A stretch of DNA of 64,000 nucleotides from an uncultured archaeon (GTDB taxonomy: Archaea; Asgardarchaeota; Thorarchaeia; Thorarchaeales; Thorarchaeaceae): positions 96,001 to 160,000 of the forward strand of contig CAZLEV010000002.1 of assembly GCA_964558645.1 (NCBI GenBank), in the 5' to 3' direction. Every line of letters begins with the position of its first letter. Position 1 is the first letter of the stretch. The translations under genes and the position numbers were made by a program. Shown piece by piece: positions 28,650 to 39,318 of the stretch. The notes beneath the pieces were generated by a model, which was given only the letters and a program-made list of their open reading frames with translations, was not told the DNA's origin and searched no databases.

Positions 28650-29483
28650 ATGACGACTCTGAAAGATATTGTAAACCACCTGAACCTGATTGCACCAGAG
28701 AGTTACACGTTTCGCGGTCTGGTGAATAGAGTTGAGATAGGCCCACAGACAGAGAAAGAACAAGACAACACAACAGTGAACCGTGTGTTGGTGGTCACAT
28801 ATCCCTCTGCCCGCGCTGTGACAAAGGCAACTCAAGAGAAAGCAAACCTCATGATATCGCACCATCCAATACTATCCCATCCAACCGACAGACTGGAGGG
28901 CAACAATCTCCTTAGAATCAGGCTACTCACTAAGAACTACATCTCCACATTCGTACTTCAGTCGCCCTGGGTAGCAGCGAGAAACGGTCTCACAGATGCC
29001 TTTGTCGGTGCGCTGGGGCTTGAAACTGAGAAAGACTTCGAGATTCCCGGTGACGTGTCGCCGCTGGTCCCCATCGGCCGAATATGCAGACCACCCAGTG
29101 TTATGAATCACTCAGGGTTCGTGAACTTCTGTGCAAGAAAGATGGAGAGCGAACAGGTTGTGTTCACGGGAGGTCTAGATCAGGATGTTGATAGAATACT
29201 CATCATTGCCGGGTCATCTGTTGATCGGAATGAGGTGAAAGAGGCAAAGAGACTGAACATCTCCACACTGGTCACAGGGGAGTTGACGCCTGAGGTGCGA
29301 TGGTTTGCAAAAGAACAAGATGTCAACACTCTTGAGCTAGGCAGTATCGTAACCGAGGAACCAGGGATGAGACAGCTGAAGGGATACTTGAGTCTGGAGT
29401 TTCCGGACCTGAAGATTGGGTTCTTCGCCTCGGAACCTATCGAAAGGGTCCTGAGACCGTATAGCAAGGATGTGGCCAAGTAG
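28650..29483 (+). CDS. Nif3-like (GTP cyclohydrolase I type 2 family) protein, divergent
   Basis: LKDIVNHLNLIAP...ANLMISHHP...IGRI...LVTGE...TEEPGM. Confidence 0.8.
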   Translation: MTTLKDIVNHLNLIAPESYTFRGLVNRVEIGPQTEKEQDNTTVNRVLVVTYPSARAVTKATQEKANLMISHHPILSHPTDRLEGNNLLRIRLLTKNYISTFVLQSPWVAARNGLTDAFVGALGLETEKDFEIPGDVSPLVPIGRICRPPSVMNHSGFVNFCARKMESEQVVFTGGLDQDVDRILIIAGSSVDRNEVKEAKRLNISTLVTGELTPEVRWFAKEQDVNTLELGSIVTEEPGMRQLKGYLSLEFPDLKIGFFASEPIERVLRPYSKDVAK

Positions 29484-30416
29484 TCATTTCTTCGGCATCC
29501 GGATCAGGACTATGTTCTTGTTCGTGGAAACACCAACATGGTCTGCCACAGTCTCGCACTTTGTGCGCATGATATGGATGATAGGCACAGAGAGATCGAG
29601 TTCGGTGATTGATTCGTAGTTCCCCATGCCTTTTGCAACAATCAGATCTGTCGAGTAGAGCGCATCCTTGAATTCCTCAGAGTTCCGTTCGAGGTTCACG
29701 CCGATTGCAGCTGCACCTGTATCACGTACCTCATCTGCATATTGATCGAGGCCAACGGCTCTTGCATCCTCCATCGTTGCATCATTGAGAATAGGACCTC
29801 CCTTGACATAAGCGATGACGCGGGTGCCAAGATTCCTCATCTCTGAGATGAGTATCATGTCAAGGACTATCTCGCCAGCATTGTCCATCAAGTAGAGGGC
29901 TTCTGTGGCTTCTCTGCACAGCTTCCGGAATTCGTCCACCTGATCCACAGCTAGGTCCTGTTCTACATTGTCCAAGATATGTCTCAGCTCATCGAGACTG
30001 AACTCCCGTCCGGATACGTCGAATTCTATCGCGTTTGCTGCTGCAGCTATCAACGCGGCCCGTCGAAAACGTGCCTCCAACGAATTCTCCTCATCAAGTA
30101 GTCTCTGCAGATCGGGGAGAATGGTGAGCGCCATCTCATTTGACATGACCTTAAGATCAGCATAGGGATCCTTGCCCGTCATCCTCTGAACAAGCAGATC
30201 GCGGTCTGTGCCGATATGGCTGGGTACAGAGTCTTCATTCAAGTGTTCCCCGAGAAACTCAGTCATGGCCGCAATCACTCTCATCTGGAGTTCTGGATCA
30301 TCGGTGGCCAGCTTGACCTGCTTCACAGCTCGTTCCAAGAGGCAATGTGCGCACTGCAGAGATACCTTCAACTCAATCGCCACTCGGTCGATGAACTGGC
30401 CCGTGAAAAATAGCAC
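29484..30416 (-). CDS. DUF89/ARMT1-like damage-control phosphatase
   Basis: C..C N-terminus, DPYADLK..SN, YLMDNAGEI, PILNDAT, AKGMGNYE; true start probably TTG ~30371. Confidence 0.9.
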   Translation of the reverse strand: MLFFTGQFIDRVAIELKVSLQCAHCLLERAVKQVKLATDDPELQMRVIAAMTEFLGEHLNEDSVPSHIGTDRDLLVQRMTGKDPYADLKVMSNEMALTILPDLQRLLDEENSLEARFRRAALIAAAANAIEFDVSGREFSLDELRHILDNVEQDLAVDQVDEFRKLCREATEALYLMDNAGEIVLDMILISEMRNLGTRVIAYVKGGPILNDATMEDARAVGLDQYADEVRDTGAAAIGVNLERNSEEFKDALYSTDLIVAKGMGNYESITELDLSVPIIHIMRTKCETVADHVGVSTNKNIVLIRMPKK

Positions 30417-30425
30417 GGAAGAGGA

Positions 30426-31696
<1,271 letters not shown>

Positions 31697-31818
31697 TACA
31701 ATACATTCTCCTTACTCAAATGTCATATCTTCCGTCAATGTCACTGCATGTCGGTGAATACGCATTCGCCTATGGGATGGATGCTTCCCGGCATAGAAAA
31801 ACTTAGCTCAGTTGTACA

Positions 31819-32052
31819 CTACTGAGGAGAGGGTTGGACTTCAGAATTGGCCTCTAAATCAACGAGTTGCTCCAGCTGAGCAATGAGAGGGAGAGAGCTT
31901 GTCTGCCTCTTCTCGCCCCATAGTTCGTCAACAAGAAGGTCTCGAATCGCTATGCGAATCACTTCGCTTCGATTGGGGTACATGCCTTTCTTGATTAGTT
32001 TGTCCACTCCATCAACATAAGACTCGGGCATGCAGATTGTGACAACTTTCAC
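31819..32052 (-). CDS. Ribbon-helix-helix (CopG/Arc/MetJ) regulator
   Basis: MKVVTICMPESYVDGVDKLIKKGMYPNRSEVIRIAIRDLL. Confidence 0.9.
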   Translation of the reverse strand: MKVVTICMPESYVDGVDKLIKKGMYPNRSEVIRIAIRDLLVDELWGEKRQTSSLPLIAQLEQLVDLEANSEVQPSPQ

Positions 32053-32223
32053 TTTTCTCGCCAGTCTATCAAGAACAAATGAGTCTAATATAGGGGTGTA
32101 GGATTACCGTGCGTACCCAGATAATACTCGCTTGATGAAGAAACCTGTTCGGAATTGAACAGATTTAACAACAGTTGTGGGACTCTCGACAGCGTCATTT
32201 GCGACCGTATCGAGTTGATAACT

Positions 32224-32508
32224 ATGGGAAACAAAGGGAAAGTACGAGCCAGCCACATTCTTGTCCAGAAGCACAGTGATGCATTGAAAATCATCAGTAG
32301 ACTAAACGAGGGCGAGGACTTCAAGAAACTCGCCAAGGAATTCAGCGAGTGTCCCTCCCGAAAGAAAGGAGGGGACCTGGGATGGTTTGCACGAGGACAG
32401 ATGGTCAGGGAATTCGAGTCCGCTGTCTACAACATGAATGTGGGCCAGACAACACATGATCCTGTCAAGACAAAATTCGGATATCATGTGATCCGTAGAA
32501 CCGGTTAG
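32224..32508 (+). CDS. ppiC: Parvulin-type peptidyl-prolyl cis-trans isomerase
   Basis: RASHILV...FKKLAKEFSECPS..KGGDLGWF..GQMV.EFE...VKTKFGYHVI. Confidence 0.95.
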   Translation: MGNKGKVRASHILVQKHSDALKIISRLNEGEDFKKLAKEFSECPSRKKGGDLGWFARGQMVREFESAVYNMNVGQTTHDPVKTKFGYHVIRRTG

Positions 32509-32612
32509 AACGAGAAATAGCAGTGTGCCAGTAAGCAGGGCCAACTGCGGGATATCAAGATAGCAAAAATGAAGGATGAAGCAAGGACAGGTTCCTTGCT
32601 TCATGATATCTC

Positions 32613-33770
32613 TTATTCTACGGATGACTCTTCTTCTTTCTTAGATTTCTTCTCAGGGACTATCTCTTCCTCAGTAAAACGAGCTCCACACTTGTCGAGA
32701 ACCCGTGGAAGTGTTGTGTATTCCATATCAAGGTCATGCAGTCTGTGAGGCATGAATGGCCCATGACGGCGTAGATAGTCCACTGTCTCCATTGCGCGCT
32801 GTCGAGTGATATCAAAGGCTACGTCCTCGAAGAAGTCGATTGGACCAATGAGTTCTCCATTGGATATCTGGAAGCCTAATCCGATCACTCGCGGCGGGCC
32901 GTCGAAACGAGTACAACGTGAGTCCTTGATTGCAACCGGCATTAGTGGCCCGATGTGGGAGCCACGCATCCATCCTGAAACCATGTGTGGGAGAGTGAAG
33001 GCCTCAAGCACCTCGCCCATGGCAGGAAGACCAGAATGCGCCCTTACTATGGCCACGGGGTCATCCTTCCCGATGTATTTGCCAGCAATCTGATGAAGCT
33101 TGTCGGTGCTGACTGCTGCGGCAATCATTCCATCACGGCGATATATCTTCTTGATTGTATAGCGACCGGTGCTGCCAAGAAGTGCGAGAAGGTCGTACAT
33201 GTCTTCAGGGCACACCATATCTACGTAGCAGGGTACTTCCTTCTTGATATCCTGAATGATGAATCGGAATCCTTGATGCAGATTAGGATCAATGACCAGC
33301 CCTGCAGTACAAAACGGATCTGCAAACATTCGGAAGAGCGGGAAGTTGAATGCACCAGGTTCGGTCTTGTCTGCCATGAATATGGCAAAGGGTTCAGATT
33401 TGCGTTCTTCGATGGTCATCTCGGCTGACCCTGGACCTTGCCCCTTCACATTCCCACTGAAAGTGTCGGCAAGAATGTCCTGACCGGCTGCATAGATCTT
33501 CTTCTTCCGGCCTAACTCCGCGCCTTCGAGGAAAGTATCCCAAGCCAATTGATGAACTTCCTCATTGTCCTCGCCCTTGTCATGAGTCATAATCAGCTCC
33601 AGGTCATCACCCGCGTGAGTCACATAGAAGTCTTTGATAGTCTTCTCATTGACTGCTTCTTTCAGTCGCTTCCTCGCTAATTCCAAGAGAAAGTCCGGAA
33701 CAATCACGTGGCCAGCAAGAGAACCTATGTCTGCTTTTATTACGCTAATAGTGGTCTCAACCATTCTCAA
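32613..33770 (-). CDS. fbp: Bifunctional fructose-1,6-bisphosphate aldolase/phosphatase (class V FBPase)
   Basis: ISVIKADIGSLAGH, GDDLELIMTH, AGQDIL.DTFSGNVKGQGPG, ADKTEPGAFN, YIGKDDP, RFDGPP, MEYTTLP. Confidence 0.97.
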   Translation of the reverse strand: MRMVETTISVIKADIGSLAGHVIVPDFLLELARKRLKEAVNEKTIKDFYVTHAGDDLELIMTHDKGEDNEEVHQLAWDTFLEGAELGRKKKIYAAGQDILADTFSGNVKGQGPGSAEMTIEERKSEPFAIFMADKTEPGAFNFPLFRMFADPFCTAGLVIDPNLHQGFRFIIQDIKKEVPCYVDMVCPEDMYDLLALLGSTGRYTIKKIYRRDGMIAAAVSTDKLHQIAGKYIGKDDPVAIVRAHSGLPAMGEVLEAFTLPHMVSGWMRGSHIGPLMPVAIKDSRCTRFDGPPRVIGLGFQISNGELIGPIDFFEDVAFDITRQRAMETVDYLRRHGPFMPHRLHDLDMEYTTLPRVLDKCGARFTEEEIVPEKKSKKEEESSVE

Positions 33771-33798
33771 CTTGCTCCTGATTCGATATACTTGATCT

Positions 33799-33897
33799 GA
33801 GAGCTGAGCATTGCTCCCGTGGGGACGTCGGACCCGAGAGTCCCGCCTAATAGGCGTGTCGGAAGCTCACCGACTCTTTTCGCCCTCACAGGGCGAA
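33799..33897 (-). ncRNA. Candidate structured 5' leader or ncRNA upstream of fbp
   Basis: Five short hairpins in ~100 nt: TTCGCCCT/AGGGCGAA, GTCGG/CCGAC, CGCCT/AGGCG, GGAC/GTCC and GAGC/GCTC. Confidence 0.5.
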
Positions 33898-33914
33898 CTG
33901 TTATACACCCATAT

Positions 33915-33934
33915 AATAGTTTTCAGAAACTATT
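33915..33934. promoter_or_regulatory. Perfect inverted repeat AATAGTTT-N4-AAACTATT overlapping the putative BRE/TATA of fbp
   Basis: aatagttt tcag aaactatt; the minus strand reads GAAAACTATTATAT (BRE/TATA-like). Confidence 0.45.
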
Positions 33935-33946
33935 GTTAAACAGAGG

Positions 33947-34834
33947 TCATCCATTGCGCATAAGATTCTTGAGTTCCTTCGTGATACGCAGGGCATCCTC
34001 CCACTCGCGCTGCCAGAGATTACGCCCGAAGATCAGACCGGTAGCTCCCTGTTCTAGGCAAGTTCTGGCTCGGTGAAGGAGATCCTCATCCCCCAGTTTG
34101 CTGCCTCCTGAAAAGAGAACCAGCGTTTTCCCTGCTGAGTCAACCACCTTGCGGACCCGCTCTGCATATGTGAGTTCTAATTCATCATAGGGTGCAGGTT
34201 GCTCTGAACGTCGTTCAGGATCATCCTTGGGAACATTGAGTTTCACAACATCAGCACCGAGTTCACAGGCAACCCGCGCAGCATAGTCAACCGCGTAGAG
34301 CGAGTCACGGCCCCCCTTCTTTGCAATTGCCTCTCCACGGGGATAAGACCACATGATAACGGGCATACCAAATCTTTCTGCTTCTGCTCTCACGCTCTTG
34401 AACTGCATAATATCGGTATGCTGATTGGGACTTCCTACATACAGAGTATAGCCCACTGCATCTGCCCCTATCCTCACTGCATCCTCAACGCTAGCCGTCA
34501 GAGGAGAGAGAGCATGACTATCGGACGGGATGCGAGTCTTCCCGTTGACCTTGAGAACTATAGGTACCTGACCCGCATATTTCCGCGCATACTTCTCGGC
34601 CAGCCCGATGTGCAGCGCAATGCCCGAATATCCACCTTCTTTGGCCAGTCGAAACTGAAAGTCCGGGTCCGCAGACACTGGATTGGGGAAGAAATCAACA
34701 GGACCATGTTCAAGACCTTGGTCGATAGGGAGAATCAGCATGTGGCCGTTTCCAGGGCCATAGTCGTACAGCAGCCTCTGAAGACGTACTCTCTTTCCAA
34801 GACTCAAGTGCTCTAACTCATCAAGTTTCTTCAT
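33947..34834 (-). CDS. fba: Class I (DhnA-type) fructose-bisphosphate aldolase
   Basis: LPIDQGLEHGP, VGYTLYVGS, WSYPRG, YAARVACELGADVVK (Schiff-base Lys), FSGG, GLIFGRN. Confidence 0.93.
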   Translation of the reverse strand: MKKLDELEHLSLGKRVRLQRLLYDYGPGNGHMLILPIDQGLEHGPVDFFPNPVSADPDFQFRLAKEGGYSGIALHIGLAEKYARKYAGQVPIVLKVNGKTRIPSDSHALSPLTASVEDAVRIGADAVGYTLYVGSPNQHTDIMQFKSVRAEAERFGMPVIMWSYPRGEAIAKKGGRDSLYAVDYAARVACELGADVVKLNVPKDDPERRSEQPAPYDELELTYAERVRKVVDSAGKTLVLFSGGSKLGDEDLLHRARTCLEQGATGLIFGRNLWQREWEDALRITKELKNLMRNG

Positions 34835-34940
34835 GGTTGTCCATCAAGTGGTATCTACATGACTACTTATGTGCTATGCAGTCCCTCTGTATAGCAGAAA
34901 GCCACAAATGACACCTACACCATAGTACCAGTGATTCATA

Positions 34941-35777
34941 ATGAATGATGATAGAGTATCGGCAACCAGACCAGAGACCCCTGACCGGCTTCAGTATCAT
35001 CTGGAGGTTGGAGAGGATGATGTGGCTCACATTGCCCTATTACCCGGAGACCCTCAACGTGTGAGGAGGATAAGCTCCTTCTGGGATGAAAGCGTTGAGG
35101 TCGCACACCATCGACAGTTTGTGACTCATACTGGCACCTACAGAGGCGTTCCGATATCAGCATGTTCCACCGGCATTGGAGGACCAGGTGCGGCCATAGT
35201 TATGGAGGAGCTTGCAAACGTTGGAGTTAGAGATTTCATCAGAGTTGGATCCTGTGCCACTCTCAAGGAAGACATCGAGATTGGAGACATCATCATATCA
35301 ACAGCTGCTGTCAGACTGGAGGGCACGAGTCGGCAGTACGTTCGGCCAGAGTTCCCAGCATCAGCATCTCACGAGGTCGTCCTGGCCATGATGGAGGCTG
35401 CTGACAGTCTCGGCTACAATTATCATCTTGGCATCACCGCCTCTACTGACTCGTTCTATCTGGGTCAATCTCGACCGGGATTTGGCGACTATATGCAGGA
35501 TGAGAGCCGCGAGTTGATTGACTACCTGACCAGAGCGAACGTCGCCAATTTTGAGATGGAGGCTGCAACCATCTTCACCTTGGGCAATATCTATGGCTTC
35601 AGAACCGGAGCGGCATGTGCAGTCTATGCCAATCGCGTCAAAGACGAGTTTACGGTAAAAGGGGAGGATGCCGTAATCAAATGCGGCAACGAAGCAGTGC
35701 GAATACTTGCGGAGATGGATGAAGAGAAAGAGACCTCCAAGAAGGAATACTGGCATCGCGGACTAGCACGCAAGTAA
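34941..35777 (+). CDS. udp: Uridine phosphorylase
   Basis: QYHL, LLPGDPQRV, STGIGGP, IRVGSC, RLEGTS, TDSFYLGQ, NFEME. Confidence 0.93.
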   Translation: MNDDRVSATRPETPDRLQYHLEVGEDDVAHIALLPGDPQRVRRISSFWDESVEVAHHRQFVTHTGTYRGVPISACSTGIGGPGAAIVMEELANVGVRDFIRVGSCATLKEDIEIGDIIISTAAVRLEGTSRQYVRPEFPASASHEVVLAMMEAADSLGYNYHLGITASTDSFYLGQSRPGFGDYMQDESRELIDYLTRANVANFEMEAATIFTLGNIYGFRTGAACAVYANRVKDEFTVKGEDAVIKCGNEAVRILAEMDEEKETSKKEYWHRGLARK

Positions 35778-35780
35778 CAT

Positions 35781-37595
35781 CTACTTGCCAACATAGTAGT
35801 AATTGCCTGCGGCCTTCTGCTCTTGGTCCAGCCGAGAGCCTCTCTTGTTGACCCTTGGTCGACCTGTCTGCGGGTCCCTCCTGAAGGTCACACCCATACG
35901 CTTCAGAAACATGTTCATTCCTGTCTTCAGAGTGAGAACAGAGGAGGCAACACCCCGTTTTCCTGGAGTGCCATCGAAGACTACCATGCTGTCACTCATA
36001 TAGTCAGCCATCAAAATAGAGTGCTCAACCACAAAAGCGGTACTCAATTTGGCCTGAATCGTGCGCCTGATAGCACTTGAAGTTGCCAGACGCTGTTCGA
36101 TGTCAAGGAAGGCTGACGGCTCGTCAAAGAGATAGATATCTGCATTCTTCGCAAGACATGCAGCAATGGCAGCTCTCTGGAGCTCTCCTCCGCTCAGATC
36201 AGCAACGGCATGATCCAGAAGGTGGTCCAACTGGAGCTTGTTGACTACTGATGTCTTGAAATCAGGGCTATCTGCCGTGGGTCCCCCGGCGTCACGCAGG
36301 TAGAGCCTGACGGTGCCGGGATACTCTTGGCTGATATACTGCGGTTTGTAGCTCACTTTCAAATCGAAGCCGCTTGCCGTTCGGGTGGGAATCTCACCCT
36401 CATCAGGCTGCAGTTCTCCAGCCAGCATCTTCACGAAGGTCGTCTTCCCGATACCGTTGGGGCCTAGTATGCCTACGAGCTGTCCCTTGGATATCTTACC
36501 GCCTCTCACTTTGAGTTCAAAGTCATCGAACCGTTTGATTATGTCCCCGTACTCCACCAGAGTCTCCGTGCCCCTGAACTCCTGATCTTCACCTGTCATG
36601 CCCTTGAAAGAGATTGACGTGTCGCGAAACCGCATGTTTTCGTCTGGGATGTAGCCGTCAAGGAAGATGTTCACACCCACTCTGGTGCTATGAGGATGCG
36701 AAACAATGCCGTACACGCCCGGGTCGCCATAGAACATGCAGACAAGATCAGAAACATAGTCCAGGATAGAGAGATCGTGCTCGACCACAACAACCGTCTT
36801 CCCCCGATCAGACAGGTCACGTATCGCACGGGCCACTCGGAGTCGCTCACGCACGTCTAGGTAGGCTGTCGGTTCGTCAAAGAAGTAGATGTCGCCATCA
36901 CGGACGATTGCAGCAGTTATGGCCACACGCTGAAGCTCGCCCCCGCTCAAGTGTCTGACCTCCCGATCCCAGATGTCACCGAGGTTCATGTCTTCCTTCA
37001 GTTCGTCAAGACGGTCGCTCTCGTCTGTCGATTCAAGCAGATCCCTGATGGGCTGTCCTGCAATAGACTTCAACTTCGGAAGCTCTGTGATGGTCTGTGG
37101 TTTATGTATGGCCTTTATGTCCCCCGACTGCATCTTCTCGAAGAAGGGCTGCAGCTCTGACCCGCGGTATTCTAGGATTATCTCGTCCCAATCCGGAGGG
37201 TCATCGATCCGACCAAAATTGGGGCGGATTTCTCCTGCGAGAATGCGGATGGCAGTGGTCTTGCCGACTCCATTGGGGCCGATGAGTCCCAGCACTTGCC
37301 CCTCCTTTGGGATAGGCAGTCGGAACAACTGGAATGCGTTCTTGCCGTATCGATGACTGGCATCAGTCTGGAGTTTCTCGGGGAGGTTAACTACACTGAT
37401 AACATGATAGGGACACTTCTTCACGCATATCCCCTCACCAGAACAGAGCTCTTCCACTATAACAGGAGGTTTGTCTGGCCCGTCGGGAAAGACCACTGTT
37501 TCATCACCAGTACGGACTCTCGGGCAGAATCTCCTGCACTCGTGTGTACAATCCTTTGGCCTGCATCTATCCCGGTCGATGACGGCAATTCGCAT
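35781..37595 (-). CDS. rli1: Ribosome recycling ATPase ABCE1/Rli1
   Basis: MRIAVID..C.P..C..EC...CP Fe-S domain; two ABC domains (GPNGVGKTT, GPNGIGKTT, LSGGELQR); TFRRD..TGRPRVNK. Start set at ATG 37595. Confidence 0.98.
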   Translation of the reverse strand: MRIAVIDRDRCRPKDCTHECRRFCPRVRTGDETVVFPDGPDKPPVIVEELCSGEGICVKKCPYHVISVVNLPEKLQTDASHRYGKNAFQLFRLPIPKEGQVLGLIGPNGVGKTTAIRILAGEIRPNFGRIDDPPDWDEIILEYRGSELQPFFEKMQSGDIKAIHKPQTITELPKLKSIAGQPIRDLLESTDESDRLDELKEDMNLGDIWDREVRHLSGGELQRVAITAAIVRDGDIYFFDEPTAYLDVRERLRVARAIRDLSDRGKTVVVVEHDLSILDYVSDLVCMFYGDPGVYGIVSHPHSTRVGVNIFLDGYIPDENMRFRDTSISFKGMTGEDQEFRGTETLVEYGDIIKRFDDFELKVRGGKISKGQLVGILGPNGIGKTTFVKMLAGELQPDEGEIPTRTASGFDLKVSYKPQYISQEYPGTVRLYLRDAGGPTADSPDFKTSVVNKLQLDHLLDHAVADLSGGELQRAAIAACLAKNADIYLFDEPSAFLDIEQRLATSSAIRRTIQAKLSTAFVVEHSILMADYMSDSMVVFDGTPGKRGVASSVLTLKTGMNMFLKRMGVTFRRDPQTGRPRVNKRGSRLDQEQKAAGNYYYVGK

Positions 37596-37728
37596 GGTAT
37601 TCACTGCTCCTATGTGTGGTCCGGAGTGTGTTGACTTCGAATCGTATATAGCGCTTTGGCTCTGGTGGGAAGTGCTGAATCGGAAACCCTTTTGTGAGTA
37701 AACTGAAGTCTTGATGGTGAGTTTCACA

Positions 37729-37956
37729 ATGAGTCTACTTGACAGATTACTGAGTCTATTCGGTCGGGGGCCGGGGGAAGTTCTTGGTGCAGTTTCACAG
37801 CCAGCTGACCTTCTAGATTTTGTGTATCGTGTCAGAAATCAGACCTATCAAAGGATCACCGGAAAGAGTATTCCACCGTTCTATGTTCCCGGGCTGAAGC
37901 AGAAGCAAGAGACTGGAACGAGTCTGTCACACCTTAGAAGGGTGATCAGAAGATAG
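37729..37956 (+). CDS. Small hypothetical protein
   Basis: 75 aa ORF with GGTGAG SD, divergent from rli1. Confidence 0.45.
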   Translation: MSLLDRLLSLFGRGPGEVLGAVSQPADLLDFVYRVRNQTYQRITGKSIPPFYVPGLKQKQETGTSLSHLRRVIRR

Positions 37957-38045
37957 TCAATGCCAGATGACAGCATCTCTCTTTTGTGTATACATCGTGA
38001 AACTAATGTGTACGTAGAGTAGTTCTTCAACGAGGCGGTATACCC

Positions 38046-38456
38046 TTGAGTGACTTCGTGTGTAATCACAACGGCAAATGTGATCATGTGAGGGTCTGCT
38101 GCACCGAGACCGAGATGACACTGACTCAAGAGGATATCGAACGGATAGAGGGACTAGGGTATTCGCGTCATGACTTCATCGTCGATGCAGATGACGGATT
38201 CTCAGAACTGAGAAACGTGGATGGATTGTGCTTTTTCTATGACCCGGAGAAGCACAAATGCCGCATCTACAAGCATCGGCCCGAGGGTTGCCAGTACTAC
38301 CCAGTGGTGTACGATTTTCGCAAGAAGAAGTGTGTTGTTGACAGAGATTGCCCCTCCTGGGAGACCATGGACGAGGCAACAATAGAGAGAATCTGTCCCA
38401 AGGTCAAATCACTTGTCGAGAAACTGGTCAAGGAGGCGACCCAGACTGAAGAATAG
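38046..38456 (+). CDS. YkgJ family Cys-cluster (Zn/Fe-S) protein
   Basis: C..C...CC..T.M.LT..DI.RI and CFFYD....CRIY..RP.GC..YP. Confidence 0.9.
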   Translation: MSDFVCNHNGKCDHVRVCCTETEMTLTQEDIERIEGLGYSRHDFIVDADDGFSELRNVDGLCFFYDPEKHKCRIYKHRPEGCQYYPVVYDFRKKKCVVDRDCPSWETMDEATIERICPKVKSLVEKLVKEATQTEE

Positions 38457-39315
38457 AGCAGATCTTCATACTCACTCCAATGTTTCAGATGGAGTTGACC
38501 CACCTCCAAGACTGGTCGAGATGGCACATAGGATGGGCTTGGGAGCTGTTGCACTCACAGATCATGACACGCTCGATGGGCTGGGAGAGTTTCTTGGTGC
38601 AGGTAATCATGAAGGCTTGAAACTCATTCCAGGTGTAGAAATCAGCACATCCTACCGCGGAAAAGAAGCACATCTGCTGGGCTATTTTACACCGCCAGAT
38701 GCGACCAGACTGCAGAAGAGACTGAAGTGGCTCGAAGATGTTAGAAAGCGAAGATTCCCTAAAATGCTGGATAGACTTGAGGAGCTTGATATCGAGTTCT
38801 CAGAAAAGCAGATTGACGATATTATGGAGGGGGTACAGACGCCCGGTCGCCCTCATCTGGCGAGACTTTTGGTGGAGAGTGGAGTTGTGGAGGACACCGT
38901 TGAGGCCTTTGATCAATATCTTGGAAAGGGAAAGCCCGCCTATGTGAGGAAAGACCTGATGGATATCAAGGAGGGTATAGCACTTCTTCGGGAGGCGGGA
39001 AGCGTACCCGTGCTTGCACACCCGTTCACTGTGAAACTTGACAACCTGTATGAAGATCTGAGAGAGCTAAAGCAGAGCGGAATGCTGGGTGTAGAGGTCA
39101 ACTACGAGTATGGTCATCTTCACATCGATGCAGACAAGGAAGAACTGGCTCGCACCGCGGATAGATTGGACCTGATCAAGACAGGGGGCAGTGACCATCA
39201 TGGAGATGAGGCAAGGCACATGATGGGGAGCGTGACTGTTGCTATTGAGGTGGTGGAGAGTCTATCCATTGCTTCAATTGAGCTGGGCGGAGAGGGACTT
39301 GAAACGGGGCGGTGA
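38413..39315 (+). CDS. PHP-family phosphoesterase (TrpH/YciV-like)
   Basis: DLHTHS..SDG, ALTDHDT, GVEIS, HLLGY, GRPHLA, VLAHP, GGSDHHG. Confidence 0.93.
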   Translation: MSRNWSRRRPRLKNRADLHTHSNVSDGVDPPPRLVEMAHRMGLGAVALTDHDTLDGLGEFLGAGNHEGLKLIPGVEISTSYRGKEAHLLGYFTPPDATRLQKRLKWLEDVRKRRFPKMLDRLEELDIEFSEKQIDDIMEGVQTPGRPHLARLLVESGVVEDTVEAFDQYLGKGKPAYVRKDLMDIKEGIALLREAGSVPVLAHPFTVKLDNLYEDLRELKQSGMLGVEVNYEYGHLHIDADKEELARTADRLDLIKTGGSDHHGDEARHMMGSVTVAIEVVESLSIASIELGGEGLETGR

Positions 39316-39318
39316 TTC

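Noticed and set aside
33799-33897. SECIS element, tRNA, 5S or SRP RNA
   Set aside because: Neither flanking gene has an internal in-frame TGA; no T-loop, acceptor stem or SRP/5S signature is present.
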